This document shows positions 45,026 to 55,497 of a DNA stretch of 64,000 nucleotides, in pieces. A program made the position numbers and the translations under genes. The stretch comes from Candidatus Latescibacterota bacterium (lineage in GTDB: Bacteria; Latescibacterota; UBA2968; UBA8231): positions 5,440,001-5,504,000 of the forward strand of contig OZ241867.1 in assembly GCA_965203175.1 (NCBI GenBank). The letters run 5' to 3'. Below the pieces are notes generated by a model. That model was not told the origin of the DNA. It was given only the letters and a program-made list of their open reading frames with translations, and searched no databases. The first letter of the stretch is position 1. Every line of letters starts with the position of its first letter.

Positions 45026-45766
45026 ATGGAGTCTCAGCTAGTCGTCGCCGCAGGACTCAACAAGTACTTCCCCTCTGGGGTCCAAGCCCTGCACGACCTC
45101 AATCTGGAAATTAGCCGCGGCCAATTCGTCTCCATCGTCGGCCCTTCCGGCTGCGGCAAATCCACCTTCCTCCGCCTCGTGGCCGGCCTCGACCAGCCCA
45201 CGAGCGGCGAGTTGCGCGTAGAGGGTCACGATCCGCTCGGCCTCGCCTTCGTCTTCCAAGACGCCACGCTGCTGCCTTGGCGATCGGTCGCACACAACAT
45301 CACCCTCCCTTTAGAGCTGCGCCACGAAGCCGCGGCCGAGCGCGTCGCCCAAACGCTTGAACTGGTCGGCCTAACCGACTTTGCCGAAGCGTACCCGGCC
45401 CAACTCTCCGGCGGCATGCGCATGCGGGTCTCCATTGCCCGCGCGCTGGTGACCCGCCCTCAAATCTTGCTCCTCGACGAACCTTTTGGCGCACTCGACG
45501 AAATCACCCGCCAGCGGCTCAACGAGGAGTTGCTGCGCCTGTGGCAGGAAGACCACTGGACCAGTCTCTTCGTCACCCACAACGTCTCCGAGGCCGTGTT
45601 CCTCAGCCAGCGGGTCCTCGTGATGAGCGCACGCCCCGGCCGCATCCTCGCCGACATCCCCATCCCGTTTCCCTATCCGCGCTCAGCGTACCTGCGCAGC
45701 GCCCCTGAATTCATCCGCATCGCCAACGGGATTTCGCGCCAACTCGCCCACGCCGACGACTCATGA
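45026..45766 (+). CDS. NitT/TauT-family ABC transporter ATP-binding protein
   Basis: [31 protein letters not shown]. Confidence 0.92.
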   Translation: MESQLVVAAGLNKYFPSGVQALHDLNLEISRGQFVSIVGPSGCGKSTFLRLVAGLDQPTSGELRVEGHDPLGLAFVFQDATLLPWRSVAHNITLPLELRHEAAAERVAQTLELVGLTDFAEAYPAQLSGGMRMRVSIARALVTRPQILLLDEPFGALDEITRQRLNEELLRLWQEDHWTSLFVTHNVSEAVFLSQRVLVMSARPGRILADIPIPFPYPRSAYLRSAPEFIRIANGISRQLAHADDS

Positions 45767-46545
45767 AACGACTGCGCTCCCTGACAACTAACATTCTGCC
45801 TCCACTGCTGTTCTTCGCCTTGGTCGTATGCGCTTGGCAAGGCGCAGTCTCGCTCCTCGGGATCGAACCTTTCCTGCTGCCCGGTCCCCTGCTCGTCGCC
45901 CAAGCCATCGCCGACAATTTGCCACGCCTGCTGTCGGCTACTCTGCTGACGGCATTAGGTGCCATCTTGGGCTTTGTCCTCAGTTTTGCCTTTGGATTCT
46001 TGGTCGCCCTGCTGTTTTCCCAGTCGCGCCTCATCGAGCGCAGCCTCTACCCCTACGCGATCTTCTTGCAGACCATGCCCATCGTAGCCATCGCACCGCT
46101 GATCATCCTGTGGATCGGCTACGGTCTTCAAGGCGTGGTGGCCGTCTCCTTCATCATCGCCCTCTTCCCGATCATCGCCAATACCACCGACGGCCTGACC
46201 CGCGTCGATCCCCACATCCTCGACTTCTTCGCGCTCAACAAGGCCAACCGCTGGCAGGTACTGTTCAAGCTCCGCGTCCCCGGTGCCGTCCCCCAAATGC
46301 TCGTCGGTGTCCGCATCTCCAGCGGTCTGTCGGTCATCGGCGCGATTGTCGGCGAGTTCTTCGCTGGCTACGGCACTGAAGACTTTGGCCTCGGCTACTT
46401 GATCATCCTTACCAACGGCCAAGCCAAAACCGACTACTTGTTCGCCTGTATTCTGTTTTGCACGTTGCTCGGCTTGGGGCTATTTACCACCGTGGGCAGC
46501 TTGAGTAATTTCTTGTTCAGACGCTGGACGGGCGCGCCCGAGTGA
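45763..46545 (+). CDS. NitT/TauT-family ABC transporter permease
   Basis: Hydrophobic helices, QTMPIVAIAPL, GAIVGEF. Confidence 0.9.
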   Translation: MKRLRSLTTNILPPLLFFALVVCAWQGAVSLLGIEPFLLPGPLLVAQAIADNLPRLLSATLLTALGAILGFVLSFAFGFLVALLFSQSRLIERSLYPYAIFLQTMPIVAIAPLIILWIGYGLQGVVAVSFIIALFPIIANTTDGLTRVDPHILDFFALNKANRWQVLFKLRVPGAVPQMLVGVRISSGLSVIGAIVGEFFAGYGTEDFGLGYLIILTNGQAKTDYLFACILFCTLLGLGLFTTVGSLSNFLFRRWTGAPE

Positions 46546-46587
46546 AATGGCGGCGCGCCAACTACCACTACTACTAGGAGGATTCCC

Positions 46588-47556
46588 GTGATGTTCAAAT
46601 ACTCGCTCTTGGCGGCCTTCCTCGCGCTCGTCGCCTGCGCCGCAGAAAAAGAAGCCCCCACAGCCGACGCCCTACCCAAGGTCCAACTCGCGCTCAACTG
46701 GTTCCCAGAAGCCGAACACGGCGGCTTGTACGCGGCCGCAGTCCACGGCTACTACGAGGAAAACGGCGTTGAGGTCGAAATCCTCGGCGGCGGACCGGAC
46801 TCGCCGGTCGTCCAGCGCGTGGCCACCGGCGCGGTAGCCTTTGGCATAGTCAATGCCGATGACATCCTGTACGCGCGCGCCCAACAAATCCCCGTGGTCG
46901 CGCTCATGGCGTCCTACCAGATCAACCCGCACTGCATCATCGTCCACGAGAGCTCGGGTATCGACTCCATTTCGCAAATCAAAAACATCACCTTGGCCTT
47001 GTCGCAACGCCCGGCCTTCTCGCACTATCTGCGCTGGAAATACCCATTTGAAGGCGTCACAATAGTCCCCTATCCCGGCAATGTGGCCCAATTCCTCGCC
47101 GACGAGAATTTCGCCCAGCAGGGCTACGTCTTCAGCGAGCCTTTCGTCGCCAAGACCAAAGGTGGCGATCCCAAGGCCCTGCTCGTAGCCGACACCGGTT
47201 TCAATCCCTATGCCAGCGTGCTCATCACCACCGAAGAGCGCATTGCCGCCGAGCCTGAACTCGTCGGTGCCGTAGTCCGCGCCAGTGTCAAAGGCTGGGA
47301 GAAATACCTCGCTGAGCCAGAGGCGACCAACCGCCATATCAACAGCCTCAACCCCGAGATGGGTATGGACATTCTCGCCTATGGGGCCGCCGAATCTATG
47401 GACATGGTTCTCGACCCAGTCGCCCAACAAAACGGCCTCGGCAGCATGACCTTGGAGCGCTGGCAGAAGCTATTGGAACAAATGGTGACCGTTGGCCTGA
47501 TCAAAGAGGATGTAGTGGACCCCACCGCGGTCTTCACCAACCGCTTCTTGCCCTAG
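46588..47556 (+). CDS. NMT1/THI5-like ABC substrate-binding lipoprotein
   Basis: LVAC lipobox, LNWFPEAEHGG, GYYEENG. Confidence 0.85.
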   Translation: MMFKYSLLAAFLALVACAAEKEAPTADALPKVQLALNWFPEAEHGGLYAAAVHGYYEENGVEVEILGGGPDSPVVQRVATGAVAFGIVNADDILYARAQQIPVVALMASYQINPHCIIVHESSGIDSISQIKNITLALSQRPAFSHYLRWKYPFEGVTIVPYPGNVAQFLADENFAQQGYVFSEPFVAKTKGGDPKALLVADTGFNPYASVLITTEERIAAEPELVGAVVRASVKGWEKYLAEPEATNRHINSLNPEMGMDILAYGAAESMDMVLDPVAQQNGLGSMTLERWQKLLEQMVTVGLIKEDVVDPTAVFTNRFLP

Positions 47557-47559
47557 CCC

Positions 47560-48360
47560 TTGGCCTTTTTGCAAGACATCGCGCTCGGCCGCTACATCGC
47601 GCTCGACTCGCCGATCCACCGCCTCGATCCGCGCACCAAGTTAGGGGGCGTTTTCGCGCTAACGCTGGCGGCCTTTGCAGCGCCCAACGCACTCGCTCTG
47701 CTACTGCTTGGAGCTTTTCTACTGGTGGCCATCGCCTTGGCGCGGGTGCCTTTGAGCCTCATCCTGCGCCAGCTCAAAACCTTTGCTTGGCTCTTCCTGT
47801 TCACCTTTGGTCTCCACGCGCTGCTGACGCCCGGCCGCGCCGTCTTGCCGTTGCCCTTCTCCGATCACGTCCTGACCGCCGAGGGCTTGCGCTTGGGAGC
47901 CTTCTTCACCGCGCGGCTAGCCGCGGCCATCGTCGCTGCCACGCTTTTGACGCTCACCACCGCGCCGATGGAGATAACCAGCGGTTTGGAGCGCTTTTTC
48001 AGTCCCTTGCACCGCTTCGGCTTTCCGGCTGGCGACATGGCGCTGATGATCTCCATCGCCCTGCGATTTATCCCCGTGCTCCTCGACGAAGCCGAGCGTC
48101 TGCGCAAAGCCCAACTAGCGCGCGGGGCCGACTTTAGTGGCTCTTTTCTGCGCCGCAGCAAAAACCTCGTGCCCCTCCTCGTGCCCCTCCTCGTCGCGGC
48201 CTGCGGTCGCGCCGATCGTCTCGCCTTGGCCATGGAGAGTCGCTGCTACGCTAGCGGAGCCGAACGCACCCACTATCGCCCGCTGCGCTTTGGCCGCGCC
48301 GACGGTCTATCCGCCTTGGCTGCCCTAGGCTTAGTCGCGCTCGTGTACTTCTTGCGTTAA
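47560..48360 (+). CDS. ecfT: ECF transporter transmembrane component T
   Basis: SPIHRLDPRTK, IALRFIP, AQLARG and AMESRC motifs. Confidence 0.88.
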   Translation: MAFLQDIALGRYIALDSPIHRLDPRTKLGGVFALTLAAFAAPNALALLLLGAFLLVAIALARVPLSLILRQLKTFAWLFLFTFGLHALLTPGRAVLPLPFSDHVLTAEGLRLGAFFTARLAAAIVAATLLTLTTAPMEITSGLERFFSPLHRFGFPAGDMALMISIALRFIPVLLDEAERLRKAQLARGADFSGSFLRRSKNLVPLLVPLLVAACGRADRLALAMESRCYASGAERTHYRPLRFGRADGLSALAALGLVALVYFLR

Positions 48361-48365
48361 GGGCG

Positions 48366-49121
48366 ATGCGGACGCTGCGCTTAGTAATCGAATACGACGG
48401 CACTCACTTCGCCGGCTGGCAGAGCCAAAAGAGCGATCGCACTGTGCAAGATGCGCTCGAACAAGCCCTACACATCCTACTCAAAGAGCCAGTTCGCCTC
48501 ATCGGCGCGGGCCGCACGGACGCTGGAACCCACGCTCTCGGGCAAGTGGCTCATTTCCAGACCGAGGCCGCGCTGCCTACAGACCGATTGCTCCGCAGCC
48601 TCAACGGTCTATTACCCCCGGACATTGCCGTGCGGGCCGCCGACGAGGTCGCCGCAGATTTCCACGCCCGCTACAGCGCAACCCGCAAGCGCTATCGCTA
48701 CCGCATTCACCAAGGCAAGGCAGCCGTCAACCGCACTCAGGTGTGGACCTATTACTCAGAGATCTCCTTGGATCCTATGGCCGCGGCCGCTCGCGCGCTC
48801 TGCGGCGAACGCGCTTTTGGTGCCTTTTGCAAACAAGATCCCATCCCCGAGTACCTGACCTGCCACGTCTTTGACGCGGTCTGGTCCCAACGCGGCCCCG
48901 AACTGATCTTTGAAATCGAGGCCAACCGCTTTCTCCGCCACATGGTGCGGATCCTCGTCGGCACCATGGTCGAAATCGGTCGCGGTACGAGGCCGCCGGA
49001 GGCCATCGCCGACCTGCTCGCCAGCGGCGACCGCACCGCGGCTGGCGCTACGGCCCCTGCGTGTGGCCTCTGCCTGCTGTGGGTGGCGTACCCTGATAGC
49101 CTTAGCGCAGAAATGGCCTAG
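48366..49121 (+). CDS. truA: tRNA pseudouridine(38-40) synthase
   Basis: EYDGTHFAGWQ, AGRTDAGTHA, FHARYSA, FLRHMVR. Confidence 0.95.
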   Translation: MRTLRLVIEYDGTHFAGWQSQKSDRTVQDALEQALHILLKEPVRLIGAGRTDAGTHALGQVAHFQTEAALPTDRLLRSLNGLLPPDIAVRAADEVAADFHARYSATRKRYRYRIHQGKAAVNRTQVWTYYSEISLDPMAAAARALCGERAFGAFCKQDPIPEYLTCHVFDAVWSQRGPELIFEIEANRFLRHMVRILVGTMVEIGRGTRPPEAIADLLASGDRTAAGATAPACGLCLLWVAYPDSLSAEMA

Positions 49122-49126
49122 CCTAA

Positions 49127-49432
49127 ATGCACAAAAAATTCCAGCGGCACATTGAAAATTTTACTTGCGGAAATTGTGGTTTTCCCGTGCAGGGCGATGG
49201 CTACACCAACCACTGCCCCGAATGCCTCTGGAGCCAACACGTCGATGTAAACCCGGGTGATCGCGCCGAACACTGTCGCGGCTTGATGGAGCCGGTGGGA
49301 TTTACCATCAAACGCGGCGATTATATCCTCGTCCACCACTGCACCAAGTGCGGCACGATCAAAAATAACAAGGCCGCCAAAAACGACAGCTTTGATGCGA
49401 TCCTGAATCTACGCGGCGAATTGCCAGATTAG
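49127..49432 (+). CDS. RNHCP domain zinc-finger protein
   Basis: FTCGNCG, TNHCPECLWSQHVD, PGDRA..C.GLM, HHCTKCG. Confidence 0.85.
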   Translation: MHKKFQRHIENFTCGNCGFPVQGDGYTNHCPECLWSQHVDVNPGDRAEHCRGLMEPVGFTIKRGDYILVHHCTKCGTIKNNKAAKNDSFDAILNLRGELPD

Positions 49433-49526
49433 CGATACTGCGAGATAGCTGCGCAATACTTGCAACTATGTATATGATTATTATATAATTACTTAATCGA
49501 CGAAATTTATTTTCCGAGGTGCAACC

Positions 49527-50630
49527 TTGCACTTTATTTGCTCACTCGCTCTGCTGGCATTCGCTGTGAACCATGCCGGCGCGTCCATTGGGGAGTCGCG
49601 CCGCACGGCCGTAGTGCGGGCCGTGGAGCGGGTCCAGCCCTCGGTCGTCAGCCTCCACGTACGCTACCGCGAGCGCGTCCAGCATCTATACAGGTATCGC
49701 GGCGACCCTTTTTGGAACCTTTTCTCGCCTTTTTACTACGTGCCCCGAGACCAAGACCGAGTCTCCACCGGCTCGGGTTTCGTCGTCGATAACGAAGGCT
49801 ACATTCTCACTAATAGCCACGTGGTCGGCGATCCGCGCCGGCTACAAAAAATCACGGCCTCTTTGCCCGAACCCGACGGCCGCACCTTTGAGGCCCGCTA
49901 CGTGGACTCCGACTTCAACTTCGACCTCGCCGTCCTCAAGATAGATGAAGGCGATCTGCCGGTTGCGCCCCTCGGCACTTCAGGCGATATTCTGGTCGGC
50001 GAATGGGCCATTGCCATCGGCAACCCCTTCGATTTGGGGCCTACCGTCAGCATCGGCGTCGTCAGCGCCCTAGATCGCGACTTTTCCGAACCCCAAGGCG
50101 ATTACTACTACCGAGACATGATTCAAACCGATGCGGCCATCAATCTCGGCAATAGCGGCGGCCCCTTAGTCAATGCCGATGGCGAGGTCATCGGCATCAA
50201 CAGCTTTATCTACACCGGCGGCGAATACTCCAGCGGCTCCATTGGCATTGGCTTTGCCATTCCCATCGACACGGCCGCGAGCTTCTTAGAGGAAATTCGC
50301 CAGCACGGCCAAGTGCGTCGCTCTTGGACCGGCATCCTAGCCGTCCAAGACATCACCCCGCCTCTAGCGGAGTACCTAAGGCTCGATTCCACTGACGGAG
50401 TTCTAGTCGTCAGGGTAGCTAACGACAGTCCGGCCGAGCTGGCGGGCCTCGAAAAGGGCGACGTAATCGTCGCGGTCAATGACGAGGAGATCCGCAGCAC
50501 CGACGAGGCCATTGGCGTGCTGCGCGGCTTGCGCGTCGGCGAAGTCGCCGCGCTCGGTGTCGTGCGCCACAACGAGCACTACAACCTAGACCTGACCCTC
50601 GAAGAGAGTCCATACCGGACGCGACGCTAG
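49527..50630 (+). CDS. HtrA/DegP-family serine protease with one PDZ domain
   Basis: GSGF, TNSHVV, DLAVLK, QTDAAINLGNSGGPL, PDZ SPAELAGL..GDVI. Confidence 0.92.
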   Translation: MHFICSLALLAFAVNHAGASIGESRRTAVVRAVERVQPSVVSLHVRYRERVQHLYRYRGDPFWNLFSPFYYVPRDQDRVSTGSGFVVDNEGYILTNSHVVGDPRRLQKITASLPEPDGRTFEARYVDSDFNFDLAVLKIDEGDLPVAPLGTSGDILVGEWAIAIGNPFDLGPTVSIGVVSALDRDFSEPQGDYYYRDMIQTDAAINLGNSGGPLVNADGEVIGINSFIYTGGEYSSGSIGIGFAIPIDTAASFLEEIRQHGQVRRSWTGILAVQDITPPLAEYLRLDSTDGVLVVRVANDSPAELAGLEKGDVIVAVNDEEIRSTDEAIGVLRGLRVGEVAALGVVRHNEHYNLDLTLEESPYRTRR

Positions 50631-50649
50631 CGGCAGGAAGGATGCGAAA

Positions 50650-51345
50650 ATGAGGCAGTTCATACCCACCGCGTTCACCATCGGCAATCTGTTCTGCGGA
50701 TTCCTCGCCCTGCACTACGCCTTTAACGGCAACTATGTGCCAGCCGCCTGGCTCATCTTCTTGGGCGCGGTATTCGACAAAATGGATGGCCAACTCGCCC
50801 GGGTCATGGGGCGCGATTCCCAATTTGGGCTCCACTTCGACTCCATCGTCGATGTCTGCACCTTTGGCATCGTGCCCGCTGCCATCATCTATCAGGCCCA
50901 CCTGCCAACCGGCTGGGGGCTGGCGCTGGCCTTCGCGTTCCTGCTGTGCGGTGCCATGCGCCTCGCCCGTTTCAATACGCTCAGCCTCGACGGCGAGCGC
51001 GGCGAATTTTACATGGGATTGGCCATTCCCACAGCGGCGGTTTGCCTCACCCAATACGTGGTTTTTGTCAAAGCGTGGCCCATCCCCCACGCCACACCGC
51101 TGGCCGTACTCCTGATTTTAGTGCTGTCCTTCCTGATGGTCAGTCGGCTCGATTACGACAGTATTCCCAATTTCCGCGGCACTTCCCTCGGCGACCGCTT
51201 CAAACAGCTTTACTTCATCACCACGGTCGGACTGACCATCTACGACAGCACCTTTTTCTTTCCCATGACCCTCGTATACATCTTCTCTGGACCCGTTCGC
51301 TGGATCTTCCGGCTTGTACACGGCAACGTCACGCAACACGCCTGA
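50650..51345 (+). CDS. pssA: CDP-diacylglycerol--serine O-phosphatidyltransferase
   Basis: DKMDGQLAR..G...DSIVD motif, RLARFN. Confidence 0.85.
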   Translation: MRQFIPTAFTIGNLFCGFLALHYAFNGNYVPAAWLIFLGAVFDKMDGQLARVMGRDSQFGLHFDSIVDVCTFGIVPAAIIYQAHLPTGWGLALAFAFLLCGAMRLARFNTLSLDGERGEFYMGLAIPTAAVCLTQYVVFVKAWPIPHATPLAVLLILVLSFLMVSRLDYDSIPNFRGTSLGDRFKQLYFITTVGLTIYDSTFFFPMTLVYIFSGPVRWIFRLVHGNVTQHA

Positions 51346-51351
51346 GTCCCT

Positions 51352-51633
51352 ATGCTGCGCGACAAACCCCTCAGCCACCTCATCCTCATCCTCTTCACTA
51401 CGATGATTGGTGCCAATATCCTCGGTGAAATGCTGAGGTTTGTCCTCATGGCCGTGGTCGGCCCCGATACCATTGTCGAACTTGCTCTCTTGCGCTATGT
51501 GGAGTATTCCATCGGGCCGCATATGTTTAACCTCATCATCCTGTCCTTTTCGTTTGAGCTGGCGCTAAAGTTCAACTTAATCACTATGTTGGGACTCTTC
51601 GTCGGCTGGTACTACTTCCGCCACAGCTATTGA
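51352..51633 (+). CDS. Small membrane protein (DUF4321-like)
   Basis: 93 aa with hydrophobic segments, operonic spacing between pssA and tatA. Confidence 0.65.
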   Translation: MLRDKPLSHLILILFTTMIGANILGEMLRFVLMAVVGPDTIVELALLRYVEYSIGPHMFNLIILSFSFELALKFNLITMLGLFVGWYYFRHSY

Positions 51634-51657
51634 ACACATCTTTCGGGAGCTAGAGCC

Positions 51658-51966
51658 ATGTTCGGTATGGGCCACTGGGAAATACTTATCATCTTCGTCG
51701 TCATTCTGCTCATCTTCGGCGCCAAGCGCATCCCCGAGATGGCGCAGGGCTTGGGCAAGGGCATCCGCGAGTTCCGCACCGCTATGCGCGACGTGCAGGA
51801 CGAAATCGAGGCCCCAAAGCAACCTACTCAGCCTACGGCCCCACCGGCTCAAACTGAGCCTCAGTCCAAAGACAAGGACCAAGCCCAGATCGAGCCCCAG
51901 TCCAAAGACAAGGACCAAGCCCAGATCGAGCCCCAGTCCAAAGACAAGGACCAAGCCGCCTCCTAA
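51658..51966 (+). CDS. tatA: Twin-arginine translocase subunit TatA/E
   Basis: MFGMGHWEILII..LLIFGAKRIPE..LGKGIREFR. Confidence 0.93.
   Translation: MFGMGHWEILIIFVVILLIFGAKRIPEMAQGLGKGIREFRTAMRDVQDEIEAPKQPTQPTAPPAQTEPQSKDKDQAQIEPQSKDKDQAQIEPQSKDKDQAAS
51856..51957 (+). repeat. 36-bp in-frame tandem repeat (~2.8 copies) in the tatA tail
   Basis: GAGCCYCAGTCCAAAGACAAGGACCAAGCCCAGATC encoding EPQSKDKDQAQI. Confidence 0.95.
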
Positions 51967-51969
51967 CTC

Positions 51970-53415
51970 ATGGCGCTCAACCAAGCCACTGCCCACGAAC
52001 TCAGTGCCCGCCTGCAACAAGGGGAAATCACCGCCCGTCAGCTAGTCGAGGCCGCGCTCGACCGCATCGACGCAATCGACGGCCAGATCAACGCCTTCAT
52101 CAGCGTAGATCCAGAAGGTGCCCTAGCACGCGCCGACGACATCGACCAACGGCGCGCGGCAGGTGCAACTTTGGGGCCTTTGGCGGGCATTCCCTTGGCC
52201 CTCAAAGACGTCCTCTGCGTGCGCGGCGGGCGCACCACCTGTGGCTCGAAAATCCTCGAACACTTCATCGCCCCCTACGACGCCACGGCCGTCGAGCGGC
52301 TGCGCGCTGCCGACGCCGTCTTCATCGGCAAAACCAACATGGACGAGTTCGCCATGGGCTCATCCTGCGAAAACTCCTATTTCGGCCCCACTTTAAACCC
52401 CTGCGACTCCGAGCGGGTGCCGGGTGGGTCCAGCGGCGGCTCGGCCGCGGCGGTAGCCGCCAACGAGACCATCCTCGCCCTCGGCTCAGACACCGGCGGC
52501 TCGGTGCGCCAACCGGCCAGCTACTGCGGCGTCGTGGGCCTCAAGCCCACCTACGGCCGCATCTCGCGCTACGGACTCATAGCCTACGCTTCTTCGCTCG
52601 ACCAAATCGGCCCCGTGACCAAAGATGTCGAAGACGCCGCTCTCCTGCTCCAAGCCATCGCCGGGCACGATCCCCGCGACTCGACTTCCAGCACCGCCCC
52701 CGTGCCGGACTATCGGGCCGCGCTCACAGGGAACGTCCGCGGTTTGCGGGTAGGCTTGGCGCGCGAGTACTTTCCCGCCGCACTTGACGCGGAAATAGCC
52801 GCTGCGGCTCAAGGTGCAGCCAACGCCCTGGTGGATGCAGGAGCCGAACTTGTGGATGTCCAGCTACCCGTGGCCGGCCATCCCGAATACTGCATCAGTA
52901 CCTATTACATCATCGCCATGGCCGAGGCATCGGCCAATCTCGCGCGCTACGACGGCGTCAAATACGGCTATCGCGCCGAGGGTAACACGGACCTGCAGGA
53001 GATGTATTTGCACACGCGCAGCGAGGGCTTTGGCACCGAGGTAAAGCGCCGCATCATGCTCGGGGCCTATGCTCTGAGCGCCGGCTATTACGACGCGTAC
53101 TACCGCAAGGCCCAGCAGGTTCGCACCCTGATCCGCGAAGACTTTGCCCGTGCTTTTGCCACCTGCGACGCGCTGATCTCGCCCGTGGCCCCGACCACTG
53201 CCTTCCGCCTCGGCGAACAGCTCGACGACCCCTTGCAGATGTACCTCAACGACATCTACACGGCCTCGGTCAACCTCGCCGGGATTCCGGCCATATCCGT
53301 GCCCTTTGCTCAAAGCCGTAGTGACTTGCCCATTGGCGTCCAACTATTAGCCCCTCCCCTCGAAGAGGCTCGTTTGCTGCGCGCAGCCCATGCCCTCGAA
53401 CGGGCAGCCGCCTGA
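51970..53415 (+). CDS. gatA: Asp/Glu-tRNA amidotransferase subunit A
   Basis: [47 protein letters not shown]. Confidence 0.96.
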   Translation: MALNQATAHELSARLQQGEITARQLVEAALDRIDAIDGQINAFISVDPEGALARADDIDQRRAAGATLGPLAGIPLALKDVLCVRGGRTTCGSKILEHFIAPYDATAVERLRAADAVFIGKTNMDEFAMGSSCENSYFGPTLNPCDSERVPGGSSGGSAAAVAANETILALGSDTGGSVRQPASYCGVVGLKPTYGRISRYGLIAYASSLDQIGPVTKDVEDAALLLQAIAGHDPRDSTSSTAPVPDYRAALTGNVRGLRVGLAREYFPAALDAEIAAAAQGAANALVDAGAELVDVQLPVAGHPEYCISTYYIIAMAEASANLARYDGVKYGYRAEGNTDLQEMYLHTRSEGFGTEVKRRIMLGAYALSAGYYDAYYRKAQQVRTLIREDFARAFATCDALISPVAPTTAFRLGEQLDDPLQMYLNDIYTASVNLAGIPAISVPFAQSRSDLPIGVQLLAPPLEEARLLRAAHALERAAA

Positions 53416-53432
53416 AATCTGGAGATCAAACT

Positions 53433-54359
53433 ATGAGATACTGTGCCCTCGCCGCCTGCATCCTACTTTCGACCTTGACGCCCGCTAGTGCGATCAACCC
53501 CAACGCCGGCACCACGGGTTTCAACTTTCTCAAGATCGGCGTCGGCACCCGCGCGGCTGCACTCGGCGGGGCCTACGCGGCCGTGTCCGGCAACATCGAG
53601 GCCTCGGCTTGGAATCCCGCCGGACTTTTCGGTTTAAGCGAGCGCACGGCCGCGCTCGCCTACAACAGCTATTTCGTCGATTCCCAAGCTGGCTTCGCCT
53701 CCATCGCTGCCCCCAAGGGATCGCGCGTACACGCCCTAAGCGTCCACTACGTATCCTACGGCGACTTGTGGCATACCGATGCGGAAGGGCGCGATTTGGG
53801 AACCTTCTCGGCAACCGACCTCGCCGCTTACCTGTCCATCGCCCAACAGCTCGGGCCAGACTGGCTAGCCGTCGGTGCCAATTTAAAAGCCGTCTATTCA
53901 AACATCGCCGAGTTTTCTTCAGACGCTTATCTTGCCGATCTGGGCCTCCTCATCCGCGCCCCTATCGAGGGCACCACTCTCGGTGCGGCAATCGCCAATC
54001 TCGGTTTTGTCCGCTCGGGCTACACCGAGGGCTTCAAGGACTCGCTGCCGGTACACATCCGCCTAGGGATGGCCCATCACCTCGCGCACATGCCCGTGCC
54101 CGTGCTCTTGGTGGCCGATTTCAACTTGCCCAACGACAACGACTCTTATCTAGCCTTCGGCCTTGAGGTCCAGCTCGCCTCGGGCCTCTACATCCGGCCC
54201 GGTTACACCACTCAACAAACCGGAAGCCAAGACGAGGAGCCGCTGGGTCTGAGCGCCGGAGCCGGACTGATCATGAACCGCTACGCAGTCGATTACGCCT
54301 ACTCGTCCTCTCCCGACTTAGGCCAAATCCATCGGGTCTCGATCATCGGCACCTTTTAA
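53433..54359 (+). CDS. PorV/PorQ-family outer-membrane beta-barrel
   Basis: Signal peptide, FLKIGVGTRAAALGGA..WNPAGL, C-terminal DYAY..HRVSI..F. Confidence 0.82.
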   Translation: MRYCALAACILLSTLTPASAINPNAGTTGFNFLKIGVGTRAAALGGAYAAVSGNIEASAWNPAGLFGLSERTAALAYNSYFVDSQAGFASIAAPKGSRVHALSVHYVSYGDLWHTDAEGRDLGTFSATDLAAYLSIAQQLGPDWLAVGANLKAVYSNIAEFSSDAYLADLGLLIRAPIEGTTLGAAIANLGFVRSGYTEGFKDSLPVHIRLGMAHHLAHMPVPVLLVADFNLPNDNDSYLAFGLEVQLASGLYIRPGYTTQQTGSQDEEPLGLSAGAGLIMNRYAVDYAYSSSPDLGQIHRVSIIGTF

Positions 54360-54367
54360 AACGCGCT

Positions 54368-55282
54368 ATGCCCGGCCTCAGCTCGGAGCAACTCGCATTC
54401 TTCCACGCCGAGGGCTACGTCCACGTACCCGACGCCTTGGCCCCCAAAGATCTAGATCCAGTCCAAGCGGAACTAGAGGGAATCGTCGATCAAGCCGCCC
54501 AACGTCTGCTGGCCGCCGGCAAAATAGAACGCGACTATGGGGAGCTACCTTTTGCAAAGCGCCTGATTCCCCTCGCCAAAGCCGATGCCAGCGCCACAGC
54601 CGGTATCAACTTCCCCGCCAATCTAGGGCCCAACATCTTCGCCTTTTTGCACAACCCACGGCTGCTCGATCTGATCGAATCCTTGGTCGGCCCGGAAATC
54701 TACGCCAACTCCTGCCAGCACATCCGCGCCAAAGTCCCGGCCAGCGACGAGTACGCCGGCAATTTCTCGCAAAACGAATGGGCGCGCTCCACCGCTTGGC
54801 ACCAAGATCTCGGCGTGTTGTTGCCCGAAGCCGACGACACGCTCGTCGTCACCACTTGGATCCCTCTCGTCGATGCCGACGAAGAAAACGGCACCCTGAT
54901 GATCTATCCCCGCTGCCACCAAGAGCCGCTGCGCCGACACGTGCGCCCGCCCGCCGACCAAGGCGGCAGCTTCACCGTCGCTCCCGAAGAGTTGCCTTCC
55001 TGGGATCCGGTCACCATCCCCGTCCAACGCGGCGGCCTGATCGCCATTCACTGCCGCACCCCGCACGGCAGCCAACCCAACCGTTCCGACGCGGTGCGCT
55101 GGAGCATGGACCTGCGCTGGAACGACGCCCGCAAGCCCAATGGCCGGCCCCACCTACCCGGCCTCCTCGTCCGCAGCCAGGAGCATCCCGAACTGGTGGT
55201 CCACGACCGCCAAGAGTGGCTGACAGCCTGGAAATTCGCCCGCGTCTCCAGCCGCGGTGCTCGCACCTATCGCTGGACCTGA
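54368..55282 (+). CDS. Phytanoyl-CoA dioxygenase (PhyH) family Fe/2OG oxygenase
   Basis: WHQD, WIPLVDA..ENG, TPHGS.PN.S..VRWS. Confidence 0.87.
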   Translation: MPGLSSEQLAFFHAEGYVHVPDALAPKDLDPVQAELEGIVDQAAQRLLAAGKIERDYGELPFAKRLIPLAKADASATAGINFPANLGPNIFAFLHNPRLLDLIESLVGPEIYANSCQHIRAKVPASDEYAGNFSQNEWARSTAWHQDLGVLLPEADDTLVVTTWIPLVDADEENGTLMIYPRCHQEPLRRHVRPPADQGGSFTVAPEELPSWDPVTIPVQRGGLIAIHCRTPHGSQPNRSDAVRWSMDLRWNDARKPNGRPHLPGLLVRSQEHPELVVHDRQEWLTAWKFARVSSRGARTYRWT

Positions 55283-55470
55283 GGAGCATTTCTAGCCCGC
55301 CGTGATTGGGGGAGCGGACCGCTCCGCTAGTCATCCCTGAGTGATGGAAGGAGCGTTACCCGCAGTCTGCGCCGCTGTGTCCCAAATGGGTCATTGTCGC
55401 CGGGTGCAAAGATCAATGGCCTGCACATAACTATCTGTTCCTAAAGTAAATAACAGTTTAGTCAACGTCT

Positions 55471-55486
55471 TGGCCCGCTCTTTGCA
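55471..55486 (+). promoter_or_regulatory. sigma54 -24/-12 promoter
   Basis: TGGCCCGCTCTTTGCA with GG-N10-GC spacing; upstream AT-rich tract and palindrome at 55378-55393. Confidence 0.65.
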
Positions 55487-55497
55487 TTAGCAGGGCC

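Noticed and set aside
51856-51957. 36-bp repeats as a mini CRISPR array
   Set aside because: Contiguous with no spacers, in frame within tatA, and no cas genes in the window
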